A DNA stretch of 64,000 bases from Treponemataceae bacterium (GCA_963667725.2 CAXXHO010000005.1:512001-576000); one strand, 5' to 3'. Positions 11,091 to 21,360 are shown, counted from the first letter of the stretch. Notes: generated from the sequence alone by a model not told the origin. Program-made: numbers and translations.

Positions 11091-11789
11091 TTACATCCAA
11101 CCATTTAAATATTTCAATGGTGTAATTGCTGCTAATTTTCCACCAGTTACATCAGAAAGTGTTCCATGGACAATACCATACAAAATTGTTTTTTCTTTTG
11201 TCATTTCAATAGCAGCAGATTTTATATATCCTAAATCAAATAATGGTCCACCACTATATCCACCAATACTTGGTAATTCCAATATTATGAAATCGCAGTT
11301 AACTTGATTATCAAATCTAGGCAAAGTAATTTGGGGTGAAGATACAAACGTTCTAAAAGAAAGTGGAGAAAACTTTGGACCAACAGCGCCAAGTCCTAAT
11401 GGAAAACCTATACTTGTGAGTTCAATATCTTTTGAAATTGGTGTACAACTCAATTCAATATGGTCGTATGGGAAACAACGGTTTTGCATGTAATCTTGAT
11501 TTGTTGTAGTTAATGATATTTTTGCATACGCTAAATCTGCAATTGGATGTTTAACAAATGCTGCTCCACCAAGAAGGATTGAAAGATCTACTCTTATTGG
11601 ATTTTGAGAATTATCAGATAATACTGCATAGGTATTTACATTTATATTAGTAACAACATGTGAAGCTGTTAATAAATAACAATCGCTTCCTTTTGAAATG
11701 AATACTCCAGTCCCGATTTTTTCATTTTTCCCATCGGGTATCCTAATATTGCATACTACCGAATTTAAATTATCACGTTCGAATACCAT
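11091..11789 (-). CDS. Trypsin-like serine protease, no signal peptide
   Basis: Catalytic triad motifs LTASHV, ADLA, GYSGGP. Confidence 0.88.
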   Translation of the reverse strand: MVFERDNLNSVVCNIRIPDGKNEKIGTGVFISKGSDCYLLTASHVVTNINVNTYAVLSDNSQNPIRVDLSILLGGAAFVKHPIADLAYAKISLTTTNQDYMQNRCFPYDHIELSCTPISKDIELTSIGFPLGLGAVGPKFSPLSFRTFVSSPQITLPRFDNQVNCDFIILELPSIGGYSGGPLFDLGYIKSAAIEMTKEKTILYGIVHGTLSDVTGGKLAAITPLKYLNGWM

Positions 11790-11957
11790 ATATTCTCCTT
11801 TTATTCTTTTTTGCGCGAAGCGTCAGCCTAACATTGGCTTGACCCTTAACGCCTGCTCCTGAGCGAAGCGAAGGATTGGCGTGGTTTGTGCATTGTTGTT
11901 CTGCACAAACCATGACAAAGGGCGTTATAGGGTCGAAGCAGGTGTTAGACGTTTCCT

Positions 11958-12401
11958 CTACTTTCCTACAATCCCTAGGTTCTTTATTCCATTCTTCTCA
12001 AACTCCCCCCTATACTTTCCTTCCGCTTTCTCTTGTCTTTCTACTACTTCCTCTTCCGACATCTTTCGATATTCTTTCTCTCCTATCTCTTTTATCAAAT
12101 CTCTTTGTCCTAATCTATATAGAATCTCTTCCCAAAAAGATTCTTCTATAAACTCTTCAAACTCTTCTCTTAATGCTTCTTCTGCTTTCTCGGTCAATAT
12201 GTACTCATTTCTTTCTTGGTCGAACTCTATTCCTCTGTAAGCTTTATTTACTTTAGCAGCAAGAAGTACTTTTTGAATAAGGTCATTAATCTTCTTTTCT
12301 GTATCATCTTCCTCGTGATCCAGTACAAAAGAACCTGAATATACGAGCTTGAGTAATAGACTTATTTCTTCTTTAGTTACGGTAATGTTAATCTCACTCA
12401 T
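11958..12401 (-). CDS. Hypothetical acidic protein
   Basis: 147-aa ORF with RBS, filling the cassette. Confidence 0.7.
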   Translation of the reverse strand: MSEINITVTKEEISLLLKLVYSGSFVLDHEEDDTEKKINDLIQKVLLAAKVNKAYRGIEFDQERNEYILTEKAEEALREEFEEFIEESFWEEILYRLGQRDLIKEIGEKEYRKMSEEEVVERQEKAEGKYRGEFEKNGIKNLGIVGK

Positions 12402-12592
12402 TTAGTATCTCCAATATCTTACTATTATCTGAGCGCGCGTTAGCGCGTCCGCCTAACATTGGCTTAACCCTTAACGCCTGTTCCTGAGCGAAGCGAAGGA
12501 TTGGCGTGGTTTTTGCGTGATCTTCTCGCAAAAACCATGACAAAAGGCGTTATAGGGTTGAAGCGGGTGTTGGATGCTTCTTCCTCTCTTCT

Positions 12593-13051
12593 TTACTCTT
12601 CTCTATTATTTTCGCCATATCTTCTAATAATGTCATTTTTTATACTATTGTATTGATCTACTGATTCTTTATGATTTCGTAAGTAATCCCTAAATAGAAT
12701 ATGCTTTCGATACTCTATATTATCTGAAGTACAGACATATAAATGATGTTGTATAGTATCTAAAGCTCCTAATTTATTTATTCCGTCTCTTTTAAATGCT
12801 TCTCTCCCTGGTATACCCTGGTCTCCACAATAGACGTATCCAATATTCTCTAGTTCAGTTTTAATCTATGATAAATCATTCTTATTATTTATCTCTATAT
12901 CTATATCAACAATTGGTTTAGCAAACATTCCTTTTATTGATGTACTACCGACATGCTCAATTCTGACATATGACTTTAAGTTCTTTTCTAATACGTCTTT
13001 TATTATTTCAAATTGTTTTGGCCATTGAACATTATATTCTTCAATGAGCAT
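12593..13051 (-). pseudogene. GrpB/UPF0157 family protein with in-frame TAG
   Basis: IEHVGSTS...AKPIVDID, TAG at 12866-12868, then the same frame continues GDQGIPGREAFKR...HHLYVC...FRDYLRNH. Confidence 0.85.
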
Positions 13052-13247
13052 CTATCACCTTCTCTATGATTTTGGCGCCGAAGGCGTCCATCCAACATTG
13101 GCTTAAGCTGGGAGCTTCGACCGCGAAGCGGTTGGCGCGCTTTTTGCGTAAAGGAGCGTAGCGACTCGCAAAAAGCGTGACAAAGAAGCGACTCAGCTTG
13201 AAGCTTTTGTTAGGTGTTTATATTTTATTCTTTTATCTCAACACTGC

Positions 13248-13823
13248 CTATAAAGTCGAAAAATCAAGATTATTGCTCTTTAAAAAATCATCCCATTCTC
13301 TCATACAATCTACTGCTAATTCCAAAGCATTATATTTTTTTTCTCCAATAGTAATGATAATTGAATAAGTTGAAATTGCTTTATTTTTTCTAATTGATCT
13401 TGTGCTAGAAAATATCTCTATAGTATCTCCATCTTCTACATTTCTTTCAGCTGTTATAAAAGCTTTAGCATCATGCTTGTAAGGCACATCAAGACGTATC
13501 GCAAGATTTATCTTTGCTAATTCTAAATTTTCATCAGCTTTTTTGCTTAATCCTGCATGCTTTAAAGAGTTACAAATAATTTTAGCAATTCTTAATCCTG
13601 CACAACTATCAACATATTTTTCTACCTTTTTTGGATCACCAATCCTTTTATCCTTTTTTAGCCAATCTTTTAAATGATAACAATTGATAAAAAAATTACG
13701 GGCTGCCTCTTTCGGTCTTTGATATCCAAGGATTGCAGTATCACCTACATCATTTGCCAGGCTCATTAGCTCGTTATATGAATATTTTGTCGCAATGTAT
13801 TGATCCTCAGGATGATATTCCAT
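13248..13823 (-). CDS. Hypothetical protein
   Basis: 191 aa; FFINCYHLKDW and ICNSLKH motifs. Confidence 0.7.
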   Translation of the reverse strand: MEYHPEDQYIATKYSYNELMSLANDVGDTAILGYQRPKEAARNFFINCYHLKDWLKKDKRIGDPKKVEKYVDSCAGLRIAKIICNSLKHAGLSKKADENLELAKINLAIRLDVPYKHDAKAFITAERNVEDGDTIEIFSSTRSIRKNKAISTYSIIITIGEKKYNALELAVDCMREWDDFLKSNNLDFSTL

Positions 13824-14069
13824 AGTTTTGCTCTCTATTATGTTACTATTAAGTAAAATACATTAATTTCTAATAGATTTATACTTTGCGCCGCTTCAGC
13901 GGCGTCCACCTAACATTGGCTTAACCTTTAACGCTCGTTCCCGAGCGTAGCGAGGGATTGGCGCGCTTCTTGCGTAAAGGAGCGAAGCGACTCGCAAGAA
14001 GCGTGACAAAGAGCGTTATAAGGTTGAAGCGGTTGTTGGACGGCTATTAATATTTATTAGTTTCCGCTT

Positions 14070-14615
14070 TTATGATTCTCTATTAGAATCCCATTCCTTT
14101 TTTAAAATCGCAAATTGCATTGTATTTTCATACTTTGGTGTACCATCCTCATTATTTATAAACGATATAAATTCCTTAAAACACTCCTCATTTCTCATTC
14201 CTAGTCTCTTACATAGTTTTTGTGATCTTATGTTATCATCTTCAACATACGCATATATCCGTCTTGCTTTTTTGACTTCAAATAGGTAGATAAATAAAGC
14301 TTCTGCACTTTCAAAAGCATAGCCTTTACCTTGATAATCTACATTAATATTCCATCCAATATCATAAGTATCAGGTTCTTCTTTCTCAAAGAACAAATCA
14401 CCAATTACTTCATCAGTATCTCTTAAACAAATGGCAATTGAATTTTTCAGTTTACATCTTTTTTTAACTTCGATTCTTGCTTCTTCAAAGGTATTTACCT
14501 TTTCTGATACAAAGCAATTTACTCTTGGTTTTGATAGATATGCGAATAGGCTTGAAGCATCTTTTTCTAAAAAACTTCGTAGAATTAACCTATCTGTTTC
14601 TATTGGATTCATCAA
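14070..14615 (-). CDS. GNAT acetyltransferase (RimJ/RimL-like)
   Basis: IETDRLILR, YQGKGYAFE, NIRSQKLCKRLGM. Confidence 0.9.
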   Translation of the reverse strand: MMNPIETDRLILRSFLEKDASSLFAYLSKPRVNCFVSEKVNTFEEARIEVKKRCKLKNSIAICLRDTDEVIGDLFFEKEEPDTYDIGWNINVDYQGKGYAFESAEALFIYLFEVKKARRIYAYVEDDNIRSQKLCKRLGMRNEECFKEFISFINNEDGTPKYENTMQFAILKKEWDSNRES

Positions 14616-14810
14616 TCAAAGCTCCCTAGACATTGTAATAGCATTATACTGAGCTAAATTCTACCCTATATTTCCATATGTCCGCCCAACATTTGCTTAA
14701 CCTGTATTTTCGCGCCCGAAGGGCTTGGCGCATTTTGTGCGTCAGGAGCGTAGCGACAGCACAAAATGTGACAAAGAAAATATCAGGTTGAAGCAGTTGT
14801 TAGGCCTCTT

Positions 14811-15680
14811 TTATTTGTATGTAATTATCACTGATTGAGCCGTGGCCAATAGTTTTTCTTCTTCCTTGGATATTTCTATACCTTTAACACTTCTACTTAT
14901 TGGTTCAGTAATTGGTTTTGGCCTTTTTAAAATTGCGGTTGTTAACCCATATCTAATATCCATTGAATACTCATCAGTGCTCATGTGTAATTTTCCTTCA
15001 ATGTTCACGCCATAAGCTCCACCAACTCCGGAACCATCAAATTTTTTATACTTTTTTCGTATAATCTGTTTTTGAATAAACCCAATAATTACATATAAAT
15101 AACATATTTCAGTATCGTCGAATAACTCTTTATTATTATCTTTCCATGATGCTAATCCTTTACCCCATGATTCATTATTAACATCAATTAAACCAGCTGT
15201 TTGATCAATAACGTTAATACTAAAAACACTTTCTGAATCAAGTTCGACTTTTAGATAGTTAAAAAGACCAATGCTAGCAGAAAGACTATTATTTATTACT
15301 ATTGCTTGCCGCAATATCGGGCTTTTTAATTTTGATTCTTCATCAACAACTACACCAGGAATTGGTAAAGGAGAAAAATCAATATTATTAGTATTAATTG
15401 ATGTTGGTATTTTCCCATCAATTTTTCTTATTTCGACTACTCTACCCAATAAAGAATACGGATTGCCAATAAATGATTCAAATTTTAGATATGGAATATT
15501 CTCCTCAATATTTAAAAGCTCTTGAATCTTTCCAGGATCAACCATTTTCTCTTTTTGTGCAATTTCTGTGTTTACCACTGCATTAATTGTGTTGACATCA
15601 TGCTTCTTGCTCATAATACCCTCCATAGAAAAAATATTTCTTCTACTAGACTTATGATGATCAAAAATGCTAGTAGCCAA
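14811..15680 (-). CDS. Hypothetical beta-rich protein (true start may be internal, MSKKH)
   Basis: Long ORF filling the cassette; see finding on gasdermin-like pattern. Confidence 0.7.
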   Translation of the reverse strand: MATSIFDHHKSSRRNIFSMEGIMSKKHDVNTINAVVNTEIAQKEKMVDPGKIQELLNIEENIPYLKFESFIGNPYSLLGRVVEIRKIDGKIPTSINTNNIDFSPLPIPGVVVDEESKLKSPILRQAIVINNSLSASIGLFNYLKVELDSESVFSINVIDQTAGLIDVNNESWGKGLASWKDNNKELFDDTEICYLYVIIGFIQKQIIRKKYKKFDGSGVGGAYGVNIEGKLHMSTDEYSMDIRYGLTTAILKRPKPITEPISRSVKGIEISKEEEKLLATAQSVIITYK

Positions 15681-15889
15681 AAAGCTTGTTTTTCCACTCT
15701 CGAAAGTCTTAGAACAAAATGTTTTTCCCTCCGCCGGAGGCGTGGGCCTAACATTGGCTTAACCTTTAAAGCCTGGCCCGAGCGGCGTTGCGTAGCAACG
15801 ATGCGAGGGATTGGCGTGGTTTTTGCGTAAAGGAGCGTAAGCGACTCACAAAAACCATGACAAAAGGCTTTATAAGGTTGAAGCGTTTG

Positions 15890-16315
15890 TTAGAGCTTTT
15901 CTTTATATAGATTTAAGAATTCTATAGGCGAATATACTTTTATTGATGAATTCTTATAATCACTTAAATTTCTTGTAACTATACAATCACATTGGTTTCT
16001 GCTTGCAGAATATTGCTGAAGAGCGTCTTCAAAATCTGGAATTTTTGATTTTAATCCATTTACTATATCAGAATGATCTATTGATATGATTGTTATGTAT
16101 TGGATTAGTTTTGTTATAAATAGACGAGCGTTTTCGTCTCCCCCTGATTTTCTTAAAATGTAATAAAGATTAGCTACACCATTGGAAGACATATACCCAA
16201 TTGCTATGTTATTTTCAAGTATCGCTAATACAATTCTACTCGCTTCAAGAAAAGGTTCTCTCGCTAACGCAACATCTAAGATTACATCTGTATCTATGAA
16301 AACTCGTTTAATCAT
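15890..16315 (-). CDS. PIN-domain toxin
   Basis: VFIDTDVILD...DFEDALQ...IVTRNLSDY. Confidence 0.92.
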   Translation of the reverse strand: MIKRVFIDTDVILDVALAREPFLEASRIVLAILENNIAIGYMSSNGVANLYYILRKSGGDENARLFITKLIQYITIISIDHSDIVNGLKSKIPDFEDALQQYSASRNQCDCIVTRNLSDYKNSSIKVYSPIEFLNLYKEKL

Positions 16316-16566
16316 AAAAATCGCTCCGTTCTAGTTTCGTTGAGCAAATCTTTATAATCTTTTCCTGTGTCTTTAAACATACCAATAAGACTGTCGGTTA
16401 TTGGAGCATAAAGAATGTTCGTAAATTCTTTAGGAGTATTACTAGAGGATATATTATTCAAATACTCTTCAACTATTCGAGAAACACTTTTGTTTTTCTC
16501 TTGAGCAAAGTTCTTTGCCTTTTTTATAATCGCCTTATCAATTGTTAATGTCAATTTTGTTGCCAT
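16312..16566 (-). CDS. Antitoxin (DUF6364-like, ribbon-helix-helix)
   Basis: TKLTLTIDKAIIKKAK...SVSRIVEEYL; ATGA overlap with the PIN gene. Confidence 0.85.
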   Translation of the reverse strand: MATKLTLTIDKAIIKKAKNFAQEKNKSVSRIVEEYLNNISSSNTPKEFTNILYAPITDSLIGMFKDTGKDYKDLLNETRTERFL

Positions 16567-16584
16567 ATTTCACCTCACACGTAT

Positions 16585-16613
16585 AGTATCGTTATTATAT
16601 ACGTATTTGTCAA
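16585..16613 (-). promoter_or_regulatory. TA cassette promoter
   Basis: TTGACA-17-GATACT. Confidence 0.7.
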
Positions 16614-16911
16614 TAGCAAATGCGAACAAATTATATTTCTATTACCTGTAATGTATTATCTTATTTTGAATAGCTCTAACATTGGCTTAACCCTTAACGC
16701 CTGTTCCTGAGCGAAGCGAAGGATTGGCGTGGTTTTTGCGTCATCTTCTAGCAAAAACCATGACAAAAGGCGTTATAGGGTTGAAGCTTTTGTTGGACGT
16801 CTCTACTTATTATCTTTACTTATCTTTTCTTCCAATGTCCTATAGATCTCTTCATTCTTCTCTTTACCTAATCCTAATACTATCTTTTCATTTTTTCCAA
16901 TGATTAATATA

Positions 16912-17625
16912 GGGGCTGCAGTAGATAAAGTCCTATGATAGACTCTAAAAGTGGCAATAAGTCATTGCAGGTTAAAGAAAAGTACTCAGACTCGATTATT
17001 GGAATATTTTGTGCTCGAGGTGACCGCTAGATCTGCGGCAAATTTACTTGGGATTCAACCAAATTCTGCTATCTTGTTTTACCGGAAAGTAAGGCAGGTA
17101 ATAGCCATTTATCTCGCCCGGGAAGCAGCAGAAATATTCAATGGTGACATCGAAATAGACGAAAGCTATTTCGGTGGTGTACGTAAAGGGAAACGTGGTC
17201 GGGGCGCTACAGGGAAAGTTGTCGTCTTTGGCATGCTAAAGCGTCATGGCAAGGTTTATACAGTAGTAGTCGAGAATACCAAGGCTGCGACCTTAATGCC
17301 TGTCATAGCCAATAAAATCAAGCCTGACAGTGTTGTCTACACGGATACTTATCGCAGTTATGATGCGTTGGACGTAACTGAATTTCATCACCATCGTATT
17401 AATCATTCAGAACTTTTCGCTGACAAGAAAAATCATATCAATGGAATTGAGAACTTCTGGAATCAAGCGAAGAGAGTACTGAGAAAATATAACGGGATTG
17501 ACAAGAAAAACTTTCCTTTGTTTCTTAAAGAGTGTGAGTTCCGATTCAACTATGGGACACCTGTGAATCAGTTGAAGATTCTACGAAAATGGTGTGGAAT
17601 CTAGAAGTTTATCTACGTCAGCCCC
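16912..17625 (+). mobile_element. IS1595-family (IS1016-like) insertion sequence, 714 bp
   Basis: IRs GGGGCTGcaGTAGATAAA / TTTATCTACgtCAGCCCC; 8-bp target duplication TTAATATA (16904-16911, 17626-17633). Confidence 0.93.
16951..17604 (+). CDS. IS1595-family DDE transposase
   Basis: EIDESYFGG, VYTD, HINGIENFW, LKECEFRFN. Confidence 0.95.
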   Translation: MAISHCRLKKSTQTRLLEYFVLEVTARSAANLLGIQPNSAILFYRKVRQVIAIYLAREAAEIFNGDIEIDESYFGGVRKGKRGRGATGKVVVFGMLKRHGKVYTVVVENTKAATLMPVIANKIKPDSVVYTDTYRSYDALDVTEFHHHRINHSELFADKKNHINGIENFWNQAKRVLRKYNGIDKKNFPLFLKECEFRFNYGTPVNQLKILRKWCGI

Positions 17626-18163
17626 TTAATATATATGGCTTTTCTTTCTTTATCTCAAATAATCGTACTTTACCCAATTCCTTATAAGAAAAAATTCCAA
17701 TATTCATGAACCCTAGGTTAATACCATTTGTCTTCATTCCCCAAAATGGTATCGAATCAAGTTCTCTTACTTCTTCTATATCTTCATATGATATTTCAAC
17801 TCCATACAAGCCATTTACTTTAAGTGAACTCTCTAATACTTCTACCGATATAGTCTTAATAAAAAAGACTGATACACCTATGATTACTATTGTAATGAGG
17901 ATAGCAAGTAATGTTGTCTGTTTATTCGATGTTTTCATAGAATTTGCCTATAAGAAATATCGCAAATTGCATACTCATATGAATCATATGAACTATAACT
18001 TTTCACTGTGAATCATCTCTTTTGCGCGCGCGTAAGCGCGTCCGTCCAACATTTTCGCTTAACCTTTAAATCCGTCCTGAGCGTAGCGAAGGATTGGCGC
18101 GCATTTTGCATTGTTGTTCTTGCAAAATGCGTGACAACAGGATTTATAAGGTTGAAGCGAGTG

Positions 18164-18859
18164 TTAGGCAGTTCTAATTAATTCTCGTAATACATTTACT
18201 TCATTACCTTTATACACTTTCCCATGACTCAATAACCCATACTCAATTTCATATGATAAAAGCTTTTCTGCATCTTTATATACTTGTTTTGAATCTACAT
18301 TAAACTTTTCTGGTTTTCCTATTGATAATCCTTCCTTTTTGCTTTCCCTTATTACATCTCCAAAGAACATATACTTTTTATCCTTCTCATATAGAGCAAT
18401 GCTTCCAGGCGTATGCCCTGGTACATTAATTACTTGCAGGTTATCAACTACACTATCACTCTCAAGTTGAATATCTACTCTAGGAACAACACAATTAAGA
18501 TATTTCATTGTTTTTTGTTCTTCAATCATCATTCCTTTGTAGGGTCCATCAATTATTGCTTTTTGGAGAATATAAGGAACATCATTTTTATGAGCAATGA
18601 CTTTAGCATTTGAGTTATCAAGTAATTCTTTTACTCCACCTATATGATCACAATGACAATGAGTCAGTATTATTGACTTAAGATTCTGCAATTTATAGTT
18701 ATTTTTATTTAGCTCTTGAATAAGGTATTTGGTCTTCATAAATATGCCCGAATCTATTAAGGTATATTCCTTATTTGAACCAATACAGAATATATTTGCA
18801 GTTCCGATGTTTTCGATAACAGACAAATCATCAGTAATACGAACCATCAAATACTCCAA
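18164..18859 (-). CDS. MBL-fold metallo-hydrolase
   Basis: THCHCDHIGG, PGHTPGS, GD, SHG. Confidence 0.92.
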   Translation of the reverse strand: MEYLMVRITDDLSVIENIGTANIFCIGSNKEYTLIDSGIFMKTKYLIQELNKNNYKLQNLKSIILTHCHCDHIGGVKELLDNSNAKVIAHKNDVPYILQKAIIDGPYKGMMIEEQKTMKYLNCVVPRVDIQLESDSVVDNLQVINVPGHTPGSIALYEKDKKYMFFGDVIRESKKEGLSIGKPEKFNVDSKQVYKDAEKLLSYEIEYGLLSHGKVYKGNEVNVLRELIRTA

Positions 18860-19082
18860 TCAGGTATAGTTTCAATTCTCAAGTTAACCTGCCTAACATT
18901 GGCTTAACCTTTAAATCCGTGCCTGAGCTACTGCGAAGGCTTGGCGTGGTTTGTGCTCTTCTGTCTTGCACAAACCATGACAAAGGATTTATAAGGTTGA
19001 AGCATGTGTTAGATGAATATTTTTCGATTAATTAATCTACCTTATTAGTATTATTCATAATATTCAAATTATAATATACATT

Positions 19083-19409
19083 CTACATTAATCTTTCTAT
19101 TATATTGTCAATCTTTTTAATATCGTATATTGCTGATGCTTCTCTTTCGGTTTTCAATTTTTCTTTTAACTTGTACAATTCAGGTTTTAATGAATATATG
19201 TAAAATTCATCAATTAGGAATAAAGCATCGTATCGTCTATTCTCATCCCATAACCATTTTATAATTACATTATCAACATTTCTTCTATCAAATTCAGACA
19301 TCTTTCTATATACTTCCACTATCTTATATATTGCACTTTGTGAATCTTTCCTTTGTAATGCTTCTTCATTAATAATACTACAAATTTCTTCGAAATCTTT
19401 GTTTATCAT
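19083..19409 (-). CDS. Hypothetical protein
   Basis: 108-aa ORF with GGAG RBS. Confidence 0.6.
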   Translation of the reverse strand: MINKDFEEICSIINEEALQRKDSQSAIYKIVEVYRKMSEFDRRNVDNVIIKWLWDENRRYDALFLIDEFYIYSLKPELYKLKEKLKTEREASAIYDIKKIDNIIERLM

Positions 19410-19688
19410 TTAAAGCTCCATACTATATACATTCAAATTATTATATCAATCATGTATTCATTTAATTATTCATATAAACAATTTTAGCACTAAGCATGTT
19501 TTTCATATTTTATTATCGCTTCTCTAGCCATTTATAGCTACACTTTTTGCGCCGAAGGCGTCCATCTAACATTGGCTTAACCTTTAAATCCGCGCCTGAG
19601 CTACTGCGAAGGCTTGGCGTGGTTTGTGCATGGGGTTTCTGCACAAACCATGACAAAGGATTTATAAGGTTGAAGCAGGTGTTAGGCG

Positions 19689-20255
19689 CTATTTTCTTAA
19701 TTTAAATTCAAAGCCAAATTTTACTTCTAATGCTAAAATTTCCTTTTTAACCTCTTTTGCTTTTTCTTTTATATCCAAATCAATTGGTATTTTATCAATT
19801 TTACTAATTAATATTTCTAATTCATTTAATGGCATATCATTAGCAACAAGGCAGTATAATCCTTTCGATTTTCCATCATTATACTTTTCTAATAATATCT
19901 TTAAATACTTTTGTCTTTTACCTAAATCGGTTTCATATTTTTTAATATCATTTTTTGCTTCTATAAAATTCTGTTTTACACTTCTATATGATATAAATGA
20001 ATCACATTTGCTTTCTTCTTGATATTTTTTACATGGGTATTCACTGCATTGAAAACAATATTCCACATTATCATGTTTTCTATTGCATGTTTCTACTGCA
20101 CAAGTTGGATGCTGAGTTGAAAAGTTTTCTCCGCCACAGCCTGGACATTTCGAACTTCCATCAGTATTAAATCTTGGGCACAAACTGCAATTTAATCCAC
20201 AAAGAGAAAACAAAGGATTTTTTCGTATAAAAGGTATCATCTCTACTCCAGACAA
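19689..20255 (-). CDS. Cys-rich DUF3795-like protein (duplicated at 30293-30859)
   Basis: CGLNCSLCP...CPGC...CFQCSEYPC. Confidence 0.8.
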   Translation of the reverse strand: MSGVEMIPFIRKNPLFSLCGLNCSLCPRFNTDGSSKCPGCGGENFSTQHPTCAVETCNRKHDNVEYCFQCSEYPCKKYQEESKCDSFISYRSVKQNFIEAKNDIKKYETDLGKRQKYLKILLEKYNDGKSKGLYCLVANDMPLNELEILISKIDKIPIDLDIKEKAKEVKKEILALEVKFGFEFKLRK

Positions 20256-20487
20256 AGCATAATGCCTATTCAGTCTTTATTTATCTTTGCGCGCGAAGCG
20301 CGTCCGCCTAACATTGGCTTAACCTTTAAAGCCTGGCCTGAGCGAAGCGAAGGATTGGCGTGGTTTTTGCGTGATCTTCTCGCAAAAACCATGACAAAAG
20401 GCTTTATAAGGTTGAAGCATTTGTTAGACGTATTTCTTTTCTATAATAGTCTTTATTCTCTTTCTTTAACAATTCTTCTTCTTTATC

Positions 20488-20522
20488 TTGACTTTTACTT
20501 GATTATGTACATACTTTGTACA
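20488..20522 (+). promoter_or_regulatory. Probable brnTA promoter with two TGTACA operators
   Basis: TTGACT-16-CATACT overlapping tgtaca-tactt-tgtaca, directly before ATG with no RBS. Confidence 0.55.
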
Positions 20523-20523
20523 C

Positions 20524-20820
20524 ATGAAGGATATTTCCTTTGTCTGGGATCCAAGAAAAAATCTCATTAATCAGACAAAACATGATATTGATTTTGATGA
20601 AGCAAAAACTGTCTTCTTTGATGAATTTGCTCGTGTAATCTTTGATCCTTTACATTCTACTGAAGAAGATCGTTTTATCATCTTAGGTCTTAGTTCCAAA
20701 TTACGACTTTTAGTCGTTTGCCATTGTTATCGTGAATCGGATTCTATTATCCGATTGATTTCAGCCAGAAAAGCTAATAAGAAGGAGGAAGTCTCCTATG
20801 AAAAACACCGAAATGCTTGA
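20524..20820 (+). CDS. BrnT family toxin, antisense to the array
   Basis: FVWDPRKN...KHDIDFDEAKTVF...IRLISARKA. Confidence 0.92.
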   Translation: MKDISFVWDPRKNLINQTKHDIDFDEAKTVFFDEFARVIFDPLHSTEEDRFIILGLSSKLRLLVVCHCYRESDSIIRLISARKANKKEEVSYEKHRNA

Positions 20821-21022
20821 TAACTATGATTTTGATAAGTCTATCAAAAATCCCTATATTAATCGCTTGAAGAAATCTATTACTATCAGGCTTGATACTG
20901 ATACAATAAATTACTTCAAGACACTTTCGAAAGACTCGGGGATTCCTTATCAAACGCTGATAAACTATTTTCTTTCTCAATGTGCTAAAGATAAGAAAAA
21001 GCCTGAGGTTGTTTGGGGATAG
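20798..21022 (+). CDS. BrnA/CopG-like antitoxin
   Basis: KKSITIRLD...YFK...GIPYQTLIN. Confidence 0.9.
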   Translation: MKNTEMLDNYDFDKSIKNPYINRLKKSITIRLDTDTINYFKTLSKDSGIPYQTLINYFLSQCAKDKKKPEVVWG

Positions 21023-21197
21023 TAATGTTCTCTTATTTGGGCGCCGAAGGCGTCCGTCTAACATTCGTTTAACCTTTAAACCCGTCCCGAGCTACTGCGA
21101 GGGATTGGCGCGATTCTTGCCACACTCTAATTCGCACTAACATTCTACGGTGATATGCAAGAAGCGTGACAATAGGGTTTATAAGGTTGAAACGGTT

Positions 21198-21360
21198 GTT
21201 AGAATTTTCACCCCAAAGAGCACTTCTTTCTTCTCTTCTCTTTAACATCTCTATTTTCTTCTCTTCGTCGTTTTTTATATGCCTGTAAAATGCGAGAATA
21301 AGGGAAAGACGCACCGCTTCTCTTCCCTTTTCGAGCAGTATAACATTTAATAATTCTAAC
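21198..21360 (-). repeat. Gene-less cassette family A, copy 5 (TATACT variant, variant attC)
   Basis: Same unit as other copies. Confidence 0.9.

Larger units (their letters stand above)
16803..17938 (-). pseudogene. PH-domain-like membrane protein interrupted by an IS
   Basis: 5' part 17626-17938 and 3' part 16803-16911 match the intact paralog at 6846-7259. Confidence 0.9.
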
